DNA of 64,000 nt, from contig JARFYF010000022.1 of assembly GCA_030265395.1 (NCBI GenBank), positions 37,466,550 through 37,530,549 on the forward strand, in the 5' to 3' direction. Made by a program: the position numbers and the translations under genes. Shown piece by piece: positions 43,001 through 53,016 of this stretch; within the stretch, counting starts at the first letter, position 1; every line of letters starts with the position of its first letter. The notes under the pieces were generated by a model. It did not search any database and was not told the DNA's origin. It saw nothing but the letters and a program-made list of their open reading frames with translations. This DNA comes from Rhina ancylostomus. Lineage: Eukaryota.

Positions 43001-46000
43001 CTCACGTTTCAATGTAGCTTGAAGGAGTGTGTGCAACGCTGTCAAGTCTTTCCTGCAAAGCTGCTAATACCTGTGGATTCTGCATGACCTGGGCTGTCAA
43101 TTTTGCTATAAGAGAGGAAATGTGTTTTCACAATTATTCCATCAGAAGCATAGTCAACATCTGACAAAAAGAACACCATTAGTTCCTAGTTCATTCTTCA
43201 TTCCTGAACTCAAGGATAATCTCTGTGGAACTCTCATTTACTCGATATCACCATTTCTCTTGTCTTAAAACACATTATCATCTAGTTTTAAATGCAATGA
43301 CAATTCTAGCCATGGCTCAATGCAACCAGAAGATTGCCTAGAGCCTGCATGAAATTTAATGAATCTAAATTACAAAAATAACCATTAAAAAATGACTAAT
43401 TATGATGGACATGGCATGTGGTTGGAGAACATGGGAGCTGCTGGAGGCCACTGTGATTCACTGCAATCACATTTGCAGCTCAAGGAACTTCAGCTCAGTT
43501 GATGAGCTGGAATCAGCACTCCAGAAACTGAATGCAGGAGTGAGGGAGTGTTACCTGCATACTGTTGAATGTACAGTCACACCCCAAAGGCGAACCAATG
43601 TGAATAGGAGCACAGATATAGTATTTTGCAATCATGTACAAGTCCTGAAAGATGTACTGCTTGCCTGATGCCAGGGTTTAAGGAAATCTCCTTGAAGGAC
43701 AATGGAGGGGAAGATCTTGAGAGAATCAGGGAGCACTGAAACATGCCCTTCAGCCTAACTTATTTATGCCAATGTGCCTACCTGATCTAGTCTCATTTGC
43801 CTGCATTTGGCCCAGATCGCTCTAAACTTTCCGATCCATCTACGGCCCAATTTCTTTTAAATTTAATTGTATCCACCACTTATTCTGGCAGCTCGTTCCA
43901 TATACCCACCACGCTGCATGGAAAATCTTGCCCCTCAAGTCCCTTTGATATCTTTCCTCTCTAGTCCCCTTTAAATCTTTCCTCTCTCACGTCAAACCTA
44001 TGCCCTCTAGTTTTGGATTCCCTTACCCTAGGAAACAGACCATGACCATGCAGCTCATCTAATCCCTTCATGATTTTATAAACCTCCAAAGTCATCCCTC
44101 AACCTCCTTCACTCCAAAAAAACAGTCCCAACCTACTCAAATCTCTCCTCATCATCCAAACTTTCCAGTCCTGGCAACATCCTTGTGAATCTTTTCTGCA
44201 CCTTCTCAAGCTTAATCACATCCTTCTGAGACCATGGCGACCAGAACGCCACACAATACTTCAAGTGTAGTNNNNNNNNNNNNNNNNNNNNNNNNNNNNN
44301 NNNNNNNNNNNNNNNNNNNNNNNNNNNNNNNNNNNNNNNNNNNNNNNNNNNNNNNNNNNNNNNNNNNNNNNAATCTTTTCTGCACCTTCTCAAGCTTAAT
44401 CACATCCTTCTTAGACCATGGCGACCAGAACGCCACACAATACTTCAAGTGTAGTCTCACTATCGTCTTGTACAGCTGTAACATGACGTCACAACTCTTC
44501 TACTCAATGCCCCAAACAATTATGGCAAGCGTGCCATATACCTTCACCACCATCATAACTGTTTTGACACTTTCAGGGAACAATGTTCTTGTACCCCTAG
44601 GTCCCTCTGCAGGGCTCTGCCATTTACTGTGTATATACTGCCCTGGTTTCATTTCCCAAAATTGTATCACTTTTCACTTATCTGAGATATATTCTATCTG
44701 CCAATCCCTTGTCCATTCTCCCAGTTGATCTAGATCCTGTTGTGACCTTGGACGACCTTCTTCACTACTACTTCACCATCTATTTTAGTGCCCTTCACAA
44801 ATCCGCTCATCATGCCACCTAAATTCTCAAAATCATTAGTAAATATGACAAACAGGGAATCCAGTACTCATCTCTGTGGAATATCATTAGCCACAGCCCT
44901 GCAATCTGGGAAAACAAGTTCCATCACCATCCTCTGCTTCCTACCAATCCAATTTTGTATCCAATTGGCTAGCTCACCCGCATTCCTGTGATCTCACTTT
45001 CTGGAGCCATAGAGACCACCTCTATCTACTGCTTATCCTCATCAATCCTCTTTGTCACATCTTCAAAATAAAACCTAATCAAATCTGTGAAACATGATTT
45101 TCCAAAGCTATGCTGACTATCCCTAATCAATCCTTGCCTTTCCAAATACAGATAGATCCTGCCCCTCAGAATCCCCTCCAGTGTTTTTTTTCTCCAGCAC
45201 AGATGTTAGGCTCACAGGCCTGTAGCTCCCTGACTCGTCCTTGCAGCCCTTCTTAAATAAAGGCACAACATTAGCCACCCTCCAGTCTTCCAGTAACTCA
45301 CCCATGGCTAACAAATTGATAAAAAAAAATGTCACAGCCCAGAAATTCATTTCTTGCTTCCCACAATGTCCTGGGATACATTTGATCAAACCCTGGGTTT
45401 GATCCACTTTTATACACCTCAAGACCTCCAACATCATCTCTTTCATAATGTTGAGACGTTTCAAGACATCACTGTTCTCTTTGCTGAACTCACCAGCTTC
45501 CACAGTCTTCTCCATAGTAAATACTGAAGTACTCATTTAAGACTTTTCCCATCTCCCATGTCTTCACACACAGACAACCACACCAATCCACGCTGACCAA
45601 GATTCCCATCTAAGCCAGTCCCATTTGCCCATGTTTGGCCCATAACCTAAACCTTTCCTATCCACGTACCTGTCCAAGCGTCTTTAAAATGTTAATGTAC
45701 CGGCCTCACCCACTTCCTCTGGCAGCTCGTTCCACATCCGGACCATCCTCTGGGTGAAAAAGTTGCCCCCAGGCCCCCACCAAATTACATCAGTAATAAG
45801 CAGACTGTAGTGATTAAATTACTGATGTTGTTTCTTCTCTTGCCCCAATGTGTTAAACTAGGAAAGTACAATATTAACCAGTGATCTCTTTTAAAAAAGA
45901 TAAACTCTTGCAACTTCATTTCACTAGTTATAATTTTAGACAACCCAGTAAGCATTATACTCTATTTCTTTTGGAGCATACTGTAAAACCAGCTGCTAAT

Positions 46001-49000
46001 TTGTACACAGTAAGATTCCATAACAATGTGGTAAATGATCAGGTAATCTGCTTGAAATGGTATTAGGTTCGGGATGATTATTGCTCAGGATGCCAGTAAG
46101 GAATACATTGCTCTTCAAAGTAGCGCCCCACATGGCGGAGAGAAACAGAGCGATCACTGTTACTGTTGCGTAGGACTGTAGAGGATTGGATTGGGTTTGG
46201 CCATGATGCTCTTGTGGTTAAAATCTGACCATATTTGCTGCTCAAGCTTATACAAAGCAGAAATATTTGGTTGAGTTAGCNNNNNNNNNNNNNNNNNNNN
46301 NNNNNNNNNNNNNNNNNNNNNNNNNNNNNNNNNNNNNNNNNNNNNNNNNNNNNNNNNNNNNNNNNNNNNNNNNNNNNNNNCTCCAACCAATGAAGACCTT
46401 ATCGATTTCTGCCTTAAATACACCCAATGATTTGGCCTCCACAGCCTTCCAGAGATTCATCACCCTCTGACTGAAGAAATTCCTCTTCACAGTTGTAAAG
46501 GGATGTCCCTTTATTCTGAAGCTGTGCCCTCTGATACTAGACTCTCCTACTAATGGAAACATCCTCTCCACATCCACTCTATCCAGACCTTTCAGAATTC
46601 ACTAAGTTTCAATGAGATCCCCCTCATCCTTCTGAACTCCATCGAGTACAGGTCCAGAGCCAAACACTCCTCATACATTACACCTTTCATTCCCATGAAC
46701 CTCCTCTGGACCCTCTGCAGGGCTAGAACATCTTTACTTAGATATGGGGCCCCAAAATTGCTCAATATTCCAAATGCAGTCTGACCAATATCTTATAAAG
46801 ACTCAACAGTACACCCTTGCTTTATATTCTAGTCAATAACATTCTATAAATGTTAGTGAATGCTAACATTACATTTGATTCCCTTACTACCAACTCAACC
46901 TGCAAGTTAACCATAAGGGAATCCTGAACAAGGACTCAAGTCCCTTTACAACTCTGATTTCTGAATTCTCTCCCCATACAGTAAATAGTTAACACCATTA
47001 TTCTTCCTACCAAAGTGCATAATCCAACACTTCTTTGCACTGTATTCCATCTATCACTTCGATGCCCGTTCTTCTAACCTGTCAAAATCCTTCTGCAGAC
47101 TGCCTTCACAGCACTACCTGTCCGTCCACCTGTCTTGGTACCGTCTGCAAACTTGACCACAATGCCATCAGTTCCTTCATCCAGATCATTAATATAAAAA
47201 GTGAAAAGTTGTGGTCCTAACACTGACCCCCGCAGAACTCCATTAGCAGACATCCTTTATCCCGACTCTGCCTTCTGCCAGTCAGCCAGTCTTCTATCCA
47301 TGCTAGAACCTTTTCTCAAACACCATGGGCTGTTATCTTCTTTGCTGTTATCTTCAAAGCAGATGCTGCTTTGTATGCAGCATCTTGTCAAAGGCCTTCT
47401 GAAAATCCAAGTAAACAATGTCCACTATTCTCCTTTGCCTAACCTGCTTGTTATCTCCTCAAAGAATCCCATCAGATTTGTCAGACAAGATCTCCTCTTA
47501 ATGAAACCATGCTGACTTTGCCCTATTTTAACAGGTATTTCTACGTACTCTGGTTTCATCCTTAAATAGACTTTAAATTCTTATCAACCACTGAGATAAG
47601 GCTAACTTGCCTATAATTTCCTGTCTTTCACCTCCCTCCCTTCTTAAACAGGGTGTTATATTTGCAATTTTCCAGTCCTCCGGGACCTTCCCTGACTCAA
47701 GTCATGCTTCCACAACATCTTCAGCTACCTCCTTCAGAACTCTGGTGTGTAGTTCATCTGGTCCAGGTCATTTAACTTCAACCCTTTCAGTTTCCCCAGC
47801 ACCTTCTCCTTAGTAATGGCCACTACACTCACCTCTGCCCCGACTCTTGAACTCCTGGCATGTTACTAGCGTCTTCCACTGTGAAGATGGATGCAAAGTA
47901 CCTATTCAGTTCATCTCCCACTTCATCCCATTACTTCTCCAGCATAATTTTCCAGCAGTCCAGTGTCCCCTCTTGTCTCTCTCTTACCCTTTATGTATTT
48001 AAGACATTTGCATTCCTCTTTTATGTTATTGACTAGTTTACCCCATTTTGTCTTTCCCCCCATAATAGCTGTTTTTAAGTTGTCCTCTGTTGGTTTTTAA
48101 AGGTTTCCCATTCCCCTGGCTTTCTGCTAATCTTTGCCATATTCTATGCCTTCTCTATTGCTTTTATGTTGTTCCTGACTTCCCTCATCAGCCATGGTTG
48201 TCATGTCCTCCCCTTAGTATGCTGCTTCTTCCTTGGGATGAAATTCTGCTCTCTCCCAAATTACTCCCAGAAACTCCCGACATTGCTGGTCTACTGCCTT
48301 CCCTGCTAGAGTCCCCTTACAATCAACTCTGGCCAGTATTTGTATAGNNNNNNNNNNTGTATAGCTGTAACCTAACGTCCCAACTCTTGTACTCAACGTC
48401 CTGACCGATGAAGGCAACCGTACCAAATGCCTTCTTCACAATCCTGTATACTGCCTCTCTACTTTCAGGGAAATATGCACTTGTACCCCTATGTCCCTCT
48501 GTTCTACAACTTTCCAGTGCCCTACCAGTGTGCAAGTCCTGCCCTGGTTTAACTTAACAGCAACACCATCTCCCACTTGTCCAAGTTAACTTTCATTCTC
48601 TGGCCCATTTCCCCAAGTTGGTCCAGATGCCCCTGTAAACCTAGGCAACCCTCTTCACTGCCCACTCCACCACCAAGTTTAGTGTCGCCTGTAAATGTAC
48701 TAACCATGTTAACAGTATTGTTGCCACAATAGAAGTGGCCACAGAGAAAGTGGATATATTAGTGTGACCTTCCAAAATTCTGGAAAAGTGCCAGTGGATT
48801 GGGAAACTGCAAACACTGTGACCAATTGAAGAAAGGAGAGTGAAAGGCATAGGAATCTATGAGCCAGTTAACCAAACATTGGTCAAAGGGAAAATAATGG
48901 AATCCATGATTAAGGAAATAACAATAGGATCAAAATTGTAAAGTTAGTGATTCAACATGGTTTTTATGAAACAAATACTTTTTGACAAATTGAGCTTCTT

Positions 49001-52000
49001 GAGCATGTACCTAGGAGGGTGGATAGAAGGGAACTAGTAGATGTATTTGCTGAAAGAACTTTTTAAAAAGTTAATGCTTTCATTACTTTAAGAGCTTTAA
49101 ATGTAAGAGACATAAAGAAATACATTTTTGACTCGTTTGACACCAACCCAAGTGTTACGTATCAGCAACAAGAGAAACACACTGAGACATGTATAAATGT
49201 TAAAAACTACTTTATTAATAACTACTTATNNNNNNNNNNNNNNNNNNNNNNNNNNNNNNNNNNNNNNNNNNNNNNNNNNNNNNNNNNNNNNNNNNNNNNN
49301 NNNNNNNNNNNNNNNNNNNNNNNNNNNNNCCTCCACAGGTTACCGACAAAGTGAACTCCACCGGATTACTCTCAACAATCCATACGTGGATTGCAGTGAC
49401 AGTCACGGTTATTGTTTCTCATCCATCGACAGAGAAAACAAGCAGGCTGGTGTCTCTCTCTCATTCTTCTGTCTTTTTCTCCTCTCTCTCCTTCGGACTG
49501 ACTCCGACTGGTTGTTTCAACAACAACATCATGACGTTCTTTAGCTTCTGTTGACGTAAGCATGCCACACACACACACACATTATCTAGAAGGGACACTC
49601 ACTAATAGTCCTAGTCCGTAACACAAGTCATGGGATATGGCCACTCATGTTTTCTCAGCAGCTGCTAACTGGCAATCCTTCTTCTACTCCTACCTCGTGT
49701 CCCCAACATTATGAAATTATGCAAGGAGAGGCTTTGAGATGTGGATTCTGTGAAAAAAAATTCTTACTCGATCTCCACAAAAGTGCAGACAGTAATTCTG
49801 TCAGCAGCTATCTCAAGCAGTTCATCGGCTCGCCCTTTCCCTTTTTATACTAGCTAGCTCCCCTCAGTCCAGATGAAGAGTCTCAACCCGAAACATCAAC
49901 TGTCCATAGATGCTGCTTGACCTGATGAGTTCCTCCAGGTTGAGGGCTGTGACACACAAAGAAGGTTCATTTAGGAGCTATCACAACTTATGGAATGTGC
50001 CCCGGAGTCAATATCTTCAAAATATGCAAGGTAAAGAAAATGTAAACAGGGAAAAGCAGCAACTGCCCAGAAGAAAAAGGCAAACATCGAGGAATCACGA
50101 TTCTACATCCTAAGTGATAACTAGGGCTGTTAAGTCAACTATTCTCTCCAATTTGCTTTATAATCTCTATCAATGGAAGTTAAAAAAAAACTTAAAAGCA
50201 TGCTTTGAGACTGTATTGCAGTCAAATTGTTAGCAAACGGAAAGCCTTGAATTTCCTTTGGTTTGACTGTACATTAAAACCAGAGGCTGGCACCATCAAC
50301 GTAGAACCCAAATAATCTTTCTCAATCACAAATTCTTAAATGTAGTAAAAGATTTGACACTGCAATGGCTTAACCTGCTTAGCTTTATAAGACAAACTAA
50401 TCTAAATAAAGTTACTCTTCTGCTGATGCATGAATGTTTTATTGAATTATTTTAAAATAGTGTTTATTCTTCCAAAACAAATACTGTCATATAATGTTCC
50501 AGACTAGTCTGCATATCCAAATGGCACCAATGGAGACTCGACACATTGGATTTAAAATGGCACTAGAATGGAACTCGAAGTCTGAGGAATAACAGGAGGT
50601 TACGAATAGTGCAACTGGATGTACTGAAAAGGGCAAATGATAAAAAGCAAATACTAAACATGTACATTGTTTCCCAAATTTAATCCAAAAAAATTACAGG
50701 TTAACTATTTTTAATAATTAACAGATACTATGGCAATAACTGTACCTTTTCCTTTGATCTCAGTTGGCTGTTTGTCGATCCCCAAAGGTTCTACAGAAGT
50801 ATCATCCCCTTTACTGAAACACAAAACAGCATTGTCAGATAGACTACAGATCAATGAGCATAGGACTGCTGCTGAAAACAGAAGTGAAATTAATTTAACC
50901 AAGCCTCCCCTTTATTTTTAATTCACGCATACACTGAGTAAGAATGCATAATTTGCAACATAATATTCATGTTAAACTACATCAAAATCACTGGCCAGTT
51001 TAATCAAAATTAAACAATTCCTAATTCTGAGAGTTTAAATTCAGCAACTACCTGCCTCCATTTCCCAAAATGCTACCTGTCTCCTTCCCTTCATACCCTT
51101 CCTCCAAAAACAAAACATTATTAATTTCTTGCGTGCTTGTACAATTACAAAACTAAGAAATGCTGCAGGAAACACAACCAAATAAGCCAACATCAAAATT
51201 AGGTTAAATTTCAACTAAATACAATAGCAGATCTAGCAGATGTTACACCACAAATGATTCCAATTAATTATTAGTGGAAACAGCATCAGTGTAGTCCCCT
51301 GGCATAAATTACTCCAGACCCAAAATACAAAAATGAATAACTTAATAAGCAGATGAACCATCAAATTCACCTGAAGAGATTCACAATTTGTGTATGGGAA
51401 ATTTCAAAACCAAGTCTTATGTTGAGCATGCATATTCTTCCATTTTTGCCAATCTAACATGAACACACTTGTGACAAACTCATTAAGGCTCCATCTCAGG
51501 GGAGATGAAAACATTTTCCAAGTTGTACATCTGTTAAAACAGAGGTGTGATGCATGATGAGAAAGGGGAGTCAAAAAAAATGATGCTCTTGTTATCTTTC
51601 ACTTCTACCTATTGAACCTTTCCCTTTGCTATTCCCTTCTATCACATAATTCCATGTTCCTAGTTCTGCTCTTCTCAGAAGTCTCTCAAAAATCAACTGC
51701 TTTGTGTTTCTGCTGTGCCCAAGAACTGAACAAATCTTATCAGTAATGGCCACAGATAGCCACAAATGTCTTCCTAGCTTTTAGCAGAAAACCATATTTC
51801 TCATTACTAATGTATTTAGATTTATATACCCAAACGAGTGTCAGTTTTTTTAAAAAAATTGATTACAGATGTGATTTCTGTTGTTCACACTGAAATCAGA
51901 AAACATACTTTGGATGATCTAATAATGTTCTGCAGCTATCCAGACCTTCCATCAGGGTTTCTCACACACCCCACTGCAAACTTTTGCTCCATTCTAGCTT

Positions 52001-53016
52001 CAAAATAAACTCCATTTGCTAAAACTAAATGATTAACAAAGTTCAGAACTAATTGTACGTTTGAAGATTAATTCAGTCAAACAAATGATTAGTTTCATGA
52101 AAAAATATACATTATCAATTTTCCCATCTCTAGCAAAAGTGTCATAGATTGGAATCAAGATGTTTCGTGTATTTACACCTCTAAAATCATGTCTTGGTTG
52201 AGATGTCACGCAAGGCTACTCAAAACCTCTGGTTGCACTAATTTACTGCCTTCAGTTGGACCAAGAGTAATTTATAGCATGCACCAGTTTCTCTGCAAGT
52301 TTCCACAGTACTTCAGTTAAAAAAATTATACAAATAGAGATTTTTAAATGAGGTGAGACAACGAAACAGTGTGTAGAGCGAGACGTGGGTGAGCAGAGGA
52401 GAAATCTTTTTAGAATTGTGAATTTTGAGAATTCTGTTGGAGAGCACTGTGGCTGCAGAGTCATTAACGGTCTTCAAAGTTGAGATAGATTTCAATATAA
52501 GGGTCTGGAGCCGAGCCCAAAATCCTCATCAGCCATGATCTGAGGGATTGCATGGCCTAACCCTACTTTGTAATGTTTTTCTGGATATTTCCCATGGATG
52601 TCAAATACTCAGGTTGAAAGGGATGAAGGTGGAGAAACCACAAATTATGTCAGCATATTGTCTAATTTCTTACAGCAATGCTTCATTGTTGCCTTCAAAC
52701 ATTGAGAGTAGAGGAAAAATGCTTAAAGTAACTTGACATGGCAAAGATCACGGTAAGTATTCTGCATAACATAAGACACCAACAACTTACAATCCAAGCC
52801 ATTTTAAAACCATAAAAAATCTGTAATTTATTGAATTCCACATCTTAAACAACATTCTAATATGCACAGATATCTAACTACTAATTTTATAGTAGTTTTA
52901 TCATTTTTGGGAATATTACTATTTTGATCTTCCCATGCCAAAAACTGCAATTTACATGAACGCAAATGAACAAGTTAATGGTTTAACACGGCCTACCTGT
53001 TCTTATCTGCCATCAT
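967..53016 (-). CDS. nap1l4: Nucleosome assembly protein 1-like 4, spliced CDS of 14 coding exons (1185 nt, 394 aa)
   Basis: Exons join in frame with GT-AG boundaries. The translation contains the NAP-family motifs LPKAVKRRINALK, KGIPEFW, DWKKGKN, SFFNFF, DFEIGHFFRERIVPRAVLYFTGEA and C-terminal KEPNQPAECKQQ. HTPSSYIETLPKAVKRRINALK and the hosted SNORA54 favour NAP1L4 over NAP1L1. Confidence 0.96.
1625..1918 (-). mobile_element. tRNA-derived V-SINE-like element, degenerate
   Basis: Minus strand GGCATGGTGGTGCAAC head, GGGACCTGTGTTCAAG B-box-like, V-domain-like TTTCCTCTGGGTTTC. Confidence 0.6.
2610..3245 (-). mobile_element. CR1 LINE fragment, degenerate
   Basis: RT remnant ADVVYFDFNEAFHEV (ORF 3038-3226) and CR1-type 3' tail. 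Confidence 0.75.
6380..6661 (+). mobile_element. CR1 LINE 3' end
   Basis: GGGGAGTCTAGAAC...CAGTCTCAGAATA...GGCCAAATGG...CCTGCTCCT...TTCTTATG. Confidence 0.7.
7233..7272 (-). CDS. nap1l4: nap1l4 alternative 40-nt cassette exon encoding V-stop (CDS 7267-7272)
   Basis: ttttcccctgcttag|GTA TAA...TTTCTAG|gtaagg; strong splice sites; gives DPKV*, like the mammalian NAP1L4 isoform ending NPKV. Confidence 0.8.
10933..10989 (-). CDS. nap1l4: nap1l4 coding exon 13 (DDDDEEEGDEDDDAEIDPK)
   Basis: 57 nt, ttacag|...|gtgagt; matches human DDAEINPK. Confidence 0.94.
12312..12347 (-). CDS. nap1l4: nap1l4 coding exon 12 (YEVEEGEEGEEE)
   Basis: 36 nt, cccccag|...|gtaagt; acidic tail. Confidence 0.93.
14004..14355 (-). 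mobile_element. CR1 LINE 3' end
   Basis: ORF2 C-terminus RGHNFKV...FFTQRVVGAWNTLP (ORF 14071-14322). Confidence 0.9.
14840..15575 (-). mobile_element. CR1 LINE fragment
   Basis: RGNLIGTYKIL...DVERMFPL and LGPQLYTIYINNMDEG. Confidence 0.85.
15895..16217 (+). mobile_element. V-SINE-like tRNA-derived SINE
   Basis: B box GGTTCGATTC at 15945-15954, V-domain-like core, CR1-like tail AAGGGCCTGTTTTC. Confidence 0.8.
16715..16834 (-). CDS. nap1l4: nap1l4 coding exon 11 (DEDSEFNLATDFEIGHFFRERIVPRAVLYFTGEAIDDDED)
   Basis: 120 nt, tcctag|...|gtgagt. Confidence 0.97.
17586..17611 (-). CDS. nap1l4: nap1l4 coding exon 10, 26-nt micro-exon (VSGHGEAEM)
   Basis: tttttcag|TTTCTGGACATGGTGAGGCAGAAATG|gtaag; needed to restore frame (phase 1 to 0); corresponds to human ASGDGESL. 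Confidence 0.88.
22960..23360 (+). mobile_element. Penelope-like element 3' end/pLTR remnant
   Basis: CCCAGTTCTGACAAAGGG...TGAAAC...ATAGATGCTGCCTGACTTGCTGA...AGATTTCCAG module, recurring through the window. Confidence 0.6.
23531..23676 (-). CDS. nap1l4: nap1l4 coding exon 9 (CTIDWKKGKNITVKTIKKKQKHKGRGTVRTITKQVPNDSFFNFFNPVK)
   Basis: 146 nt, AG/GTGAG; basic NLS-like stretch and SFFNFF. Confidence 0.97.
24315..24444 (-). ncRNA. SNORA54: H/ACA snoRNA SNORA54 homolog (copy A)
   Basis: GCACTGTTCGTAACC...GGTTCCATTCCAGTGC 5' hairpin, H box ATATTA, second hairpin, ACA three nt from the end; SNORA54 is hosted in NAP1L4 in mammals. Confidence 0.9.
24866..25005 (-). CDS. nap1l4: nap1l4 coding exon 8 (SFTLEFHFEPNDYFTNSVLTKTYKMKSEPDETDPFSFEGPEIVDFVG)
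   Basis: 140 nt, ccacag|...|gtgagt. Confidence 0.97.
26020..26330 (-). mobile_element. Old DeuSINE-like SINE fragment
   Basis: Reverse-orientation resemblance to 59940-60315. Confidence 0.45.
26945..27610 (+). mobile_element. CR1 LINE RT fragment, degenerate
   Basis: CCAGAAGATTTGGAGAACTGCCAATGTTGTACCATTG (PEDW..ANVVPL) and TTTGACAAGGTCCCAC (FDKVPH). Confidence 0.8.
31923..31994 (-). CDS. nap1l4: nap1l4 coding exon 7 (EHDEPILKHLQDVRVKFSEPNEQM)
   Basis: 72 nt, ccag|...|gtgagt. Confidence 0.96.
34243..34374 (-). CDS. nap1l4: nap1l4 coding exon 6 (EEMKKKAAIEEKKEESEQDENPKGIPEFWVTIFRNVDMLSELVE)
   Basis: 132 nt, AG/GTGAG, KGIPEFW motif. Confidence 0.96.
34585..34905 (+). mobile_element. CR1 LINE 3' end
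   Basis: AGAGGCATAGCTTTAAGG...AGAGGGTGGTTGGAATTTGGAATGC, CR1-type tail. Confidence 0.75.
35777..35863 (-). CDS. nap1l4: nap1l4 coding exon 5 (RRDITTGNVEPTDAECEWHSDKEEEEELA)
   Basis: 87 nt, ttgcag|...|gtaagt. Confidence 0.96.
36990..37315 (+). mobile_element. LINE (L2-like) 3' fragment
   Basis: TAGGGATGGACATTAAATGCTGACCTTGTCAGTGATGCC tail; related pieces near 17400 (-) and 53750 (+). Confidence 0.5.
38335..38668 (-). mobile_element. V-SINE-like element
   Basis: Minus head GGTGCAGCTAATAGAGGTGCTGCCTCACAGCTCCAG; V core GTTTCTTCCCACAT. Confidence 0.75.
38735..39045 (+). mobile_element. V-SINE-like element
   Basis: TTGCCTCACAGCTCC head; GTGGGTTTCCTTTGGTGTTCTAAATTCCTCCCACATCC core. Confidence 0.75.
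39208..39817 (-). mobile_element. Young CR1 LINE 3' end
   Basis: Intact ORF2 C-terminus (ORF 39335-39709: LERVQKRFTRMIPG...RGHNLRI...FSQRVVKLWNSLP). Confidence 0.93.
40302..40443 (-). CDS. nap1l4: nap1l4 coding exon 4 (LPKAVKRRINALKHLQVKCAHIEAKFYEEVHELERKYAALYQPYFEK)
   Basis: 142 nt, lies within ORF 40206-40490; NAP dimerisation helix. Confidence 0.97.
42190..42690 (+). mobile_element. CR1 LINE RT fragment
   Basis: ATGGATTTCCACAATGCA and TTTGCTGATGATGCAAAG (FADD.K). Confidence 0.7.
43006..43105 (-). CDS. nap1l4: nap1l4 coding exon 3 (AKLTAQVMQNPQVLAALQERLDSVAHTPSSYIET)
   Basis: 100 nt, AG/GTGAG, strong NAP1L4 similarity. Confidence 0.96.
43405..43715 (+). mobile_element. CR1 ORF1-like remnant
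   Basis: C..WELLE...HIC...VDELESALQKL zinc-finger/leucine-zipper-like pattern (ORF 43402-43668). Confidence 0.5.
43730..45775 (-). mobile_element. CR1 LINE fragments, nested
   Basis: EDWRVANVVPLFKKG...SYRPVSLTSV, LKYCVAFWSP, LEKVQKRFTRMLPG; a second 3' end at ~45590-45775. Confidence 0.9.
46381..48720 (-). mobile_element. CR1 LINE fragments (ORF2)
   Basis: ERMFPLVGESSIRGHSFRI, FFSQRV, QHGF and VPEDWK motifs. Confidence 0.88.
48725..49060 (+). mobile_element. CR1 LINE RT fragment, opposite orientation to its neighbour
   Basis: GTGCCAGTGGATTGGGAAACTGCAAA, CAACATGGTTTT. Confidence 0.7.
49153..49623 (-). mobile_element. LTR of an LTR-retroelement (solo, or collapsed around an N-gap)
   Basis: Inverted termini TGTTACG...CGTAACA, 4-bp TSD CAAG at 49149-49152 and 49624-49627, minus-strand AATAAA at 49211-49216, CpGs retained. 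Confidence 0.8.
50492..50614 (-). ncRNA. SNORA54: H/ACA snoRNA SNORA54 paralog (copy B)
   Basis: GCACTATTCGTAACC...GTTCCATTCTAGTGC (compensatory change in the basal stem), variant H box ATTTTA, TCCA...TGGA hairpin, ACA+3 nt. Confidence 0.8.
50746..50813 (-). CDS. nap1l4: nap1l4 coding exon 2 (SKGDDTSVEPLGIDKQPTEIKGK)
   Basis: 68 nt, tttcag|...AAAG|gtacag; phases 2/1 bridge exons 1 and 3; sequence is divergent. Confidence 0.8.
52330..52590 (+). mobile_element. CR1 LINE 3' end
   Basis: GGAGAAATCTTTTT...GAATTCTG...TTCAAAGTTGAGATAGAT...TCAGCCATGATCT. Confidence 0.65.
52997..53016 (-). CDS. nap1l4: nap1l4 coding exon 1 (MMADKN+AG); whole exon 52997-53030 including 5'UTR
   Basis: ttcttcctag|TTGGACCATCGTGA ATG ATG GCA GAT AAG AAC AG|gtaggc; resembles the human MADHS start; phase 2 fits the next exon. 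Confidence 0.85.

Noticed and set aside
45786-45827. 11-bp inverted repeat ACATCAGTAAT/ATTACTGATGT
   Set aside because: Isolated AT-rich stem at a TE junction; no supporting context
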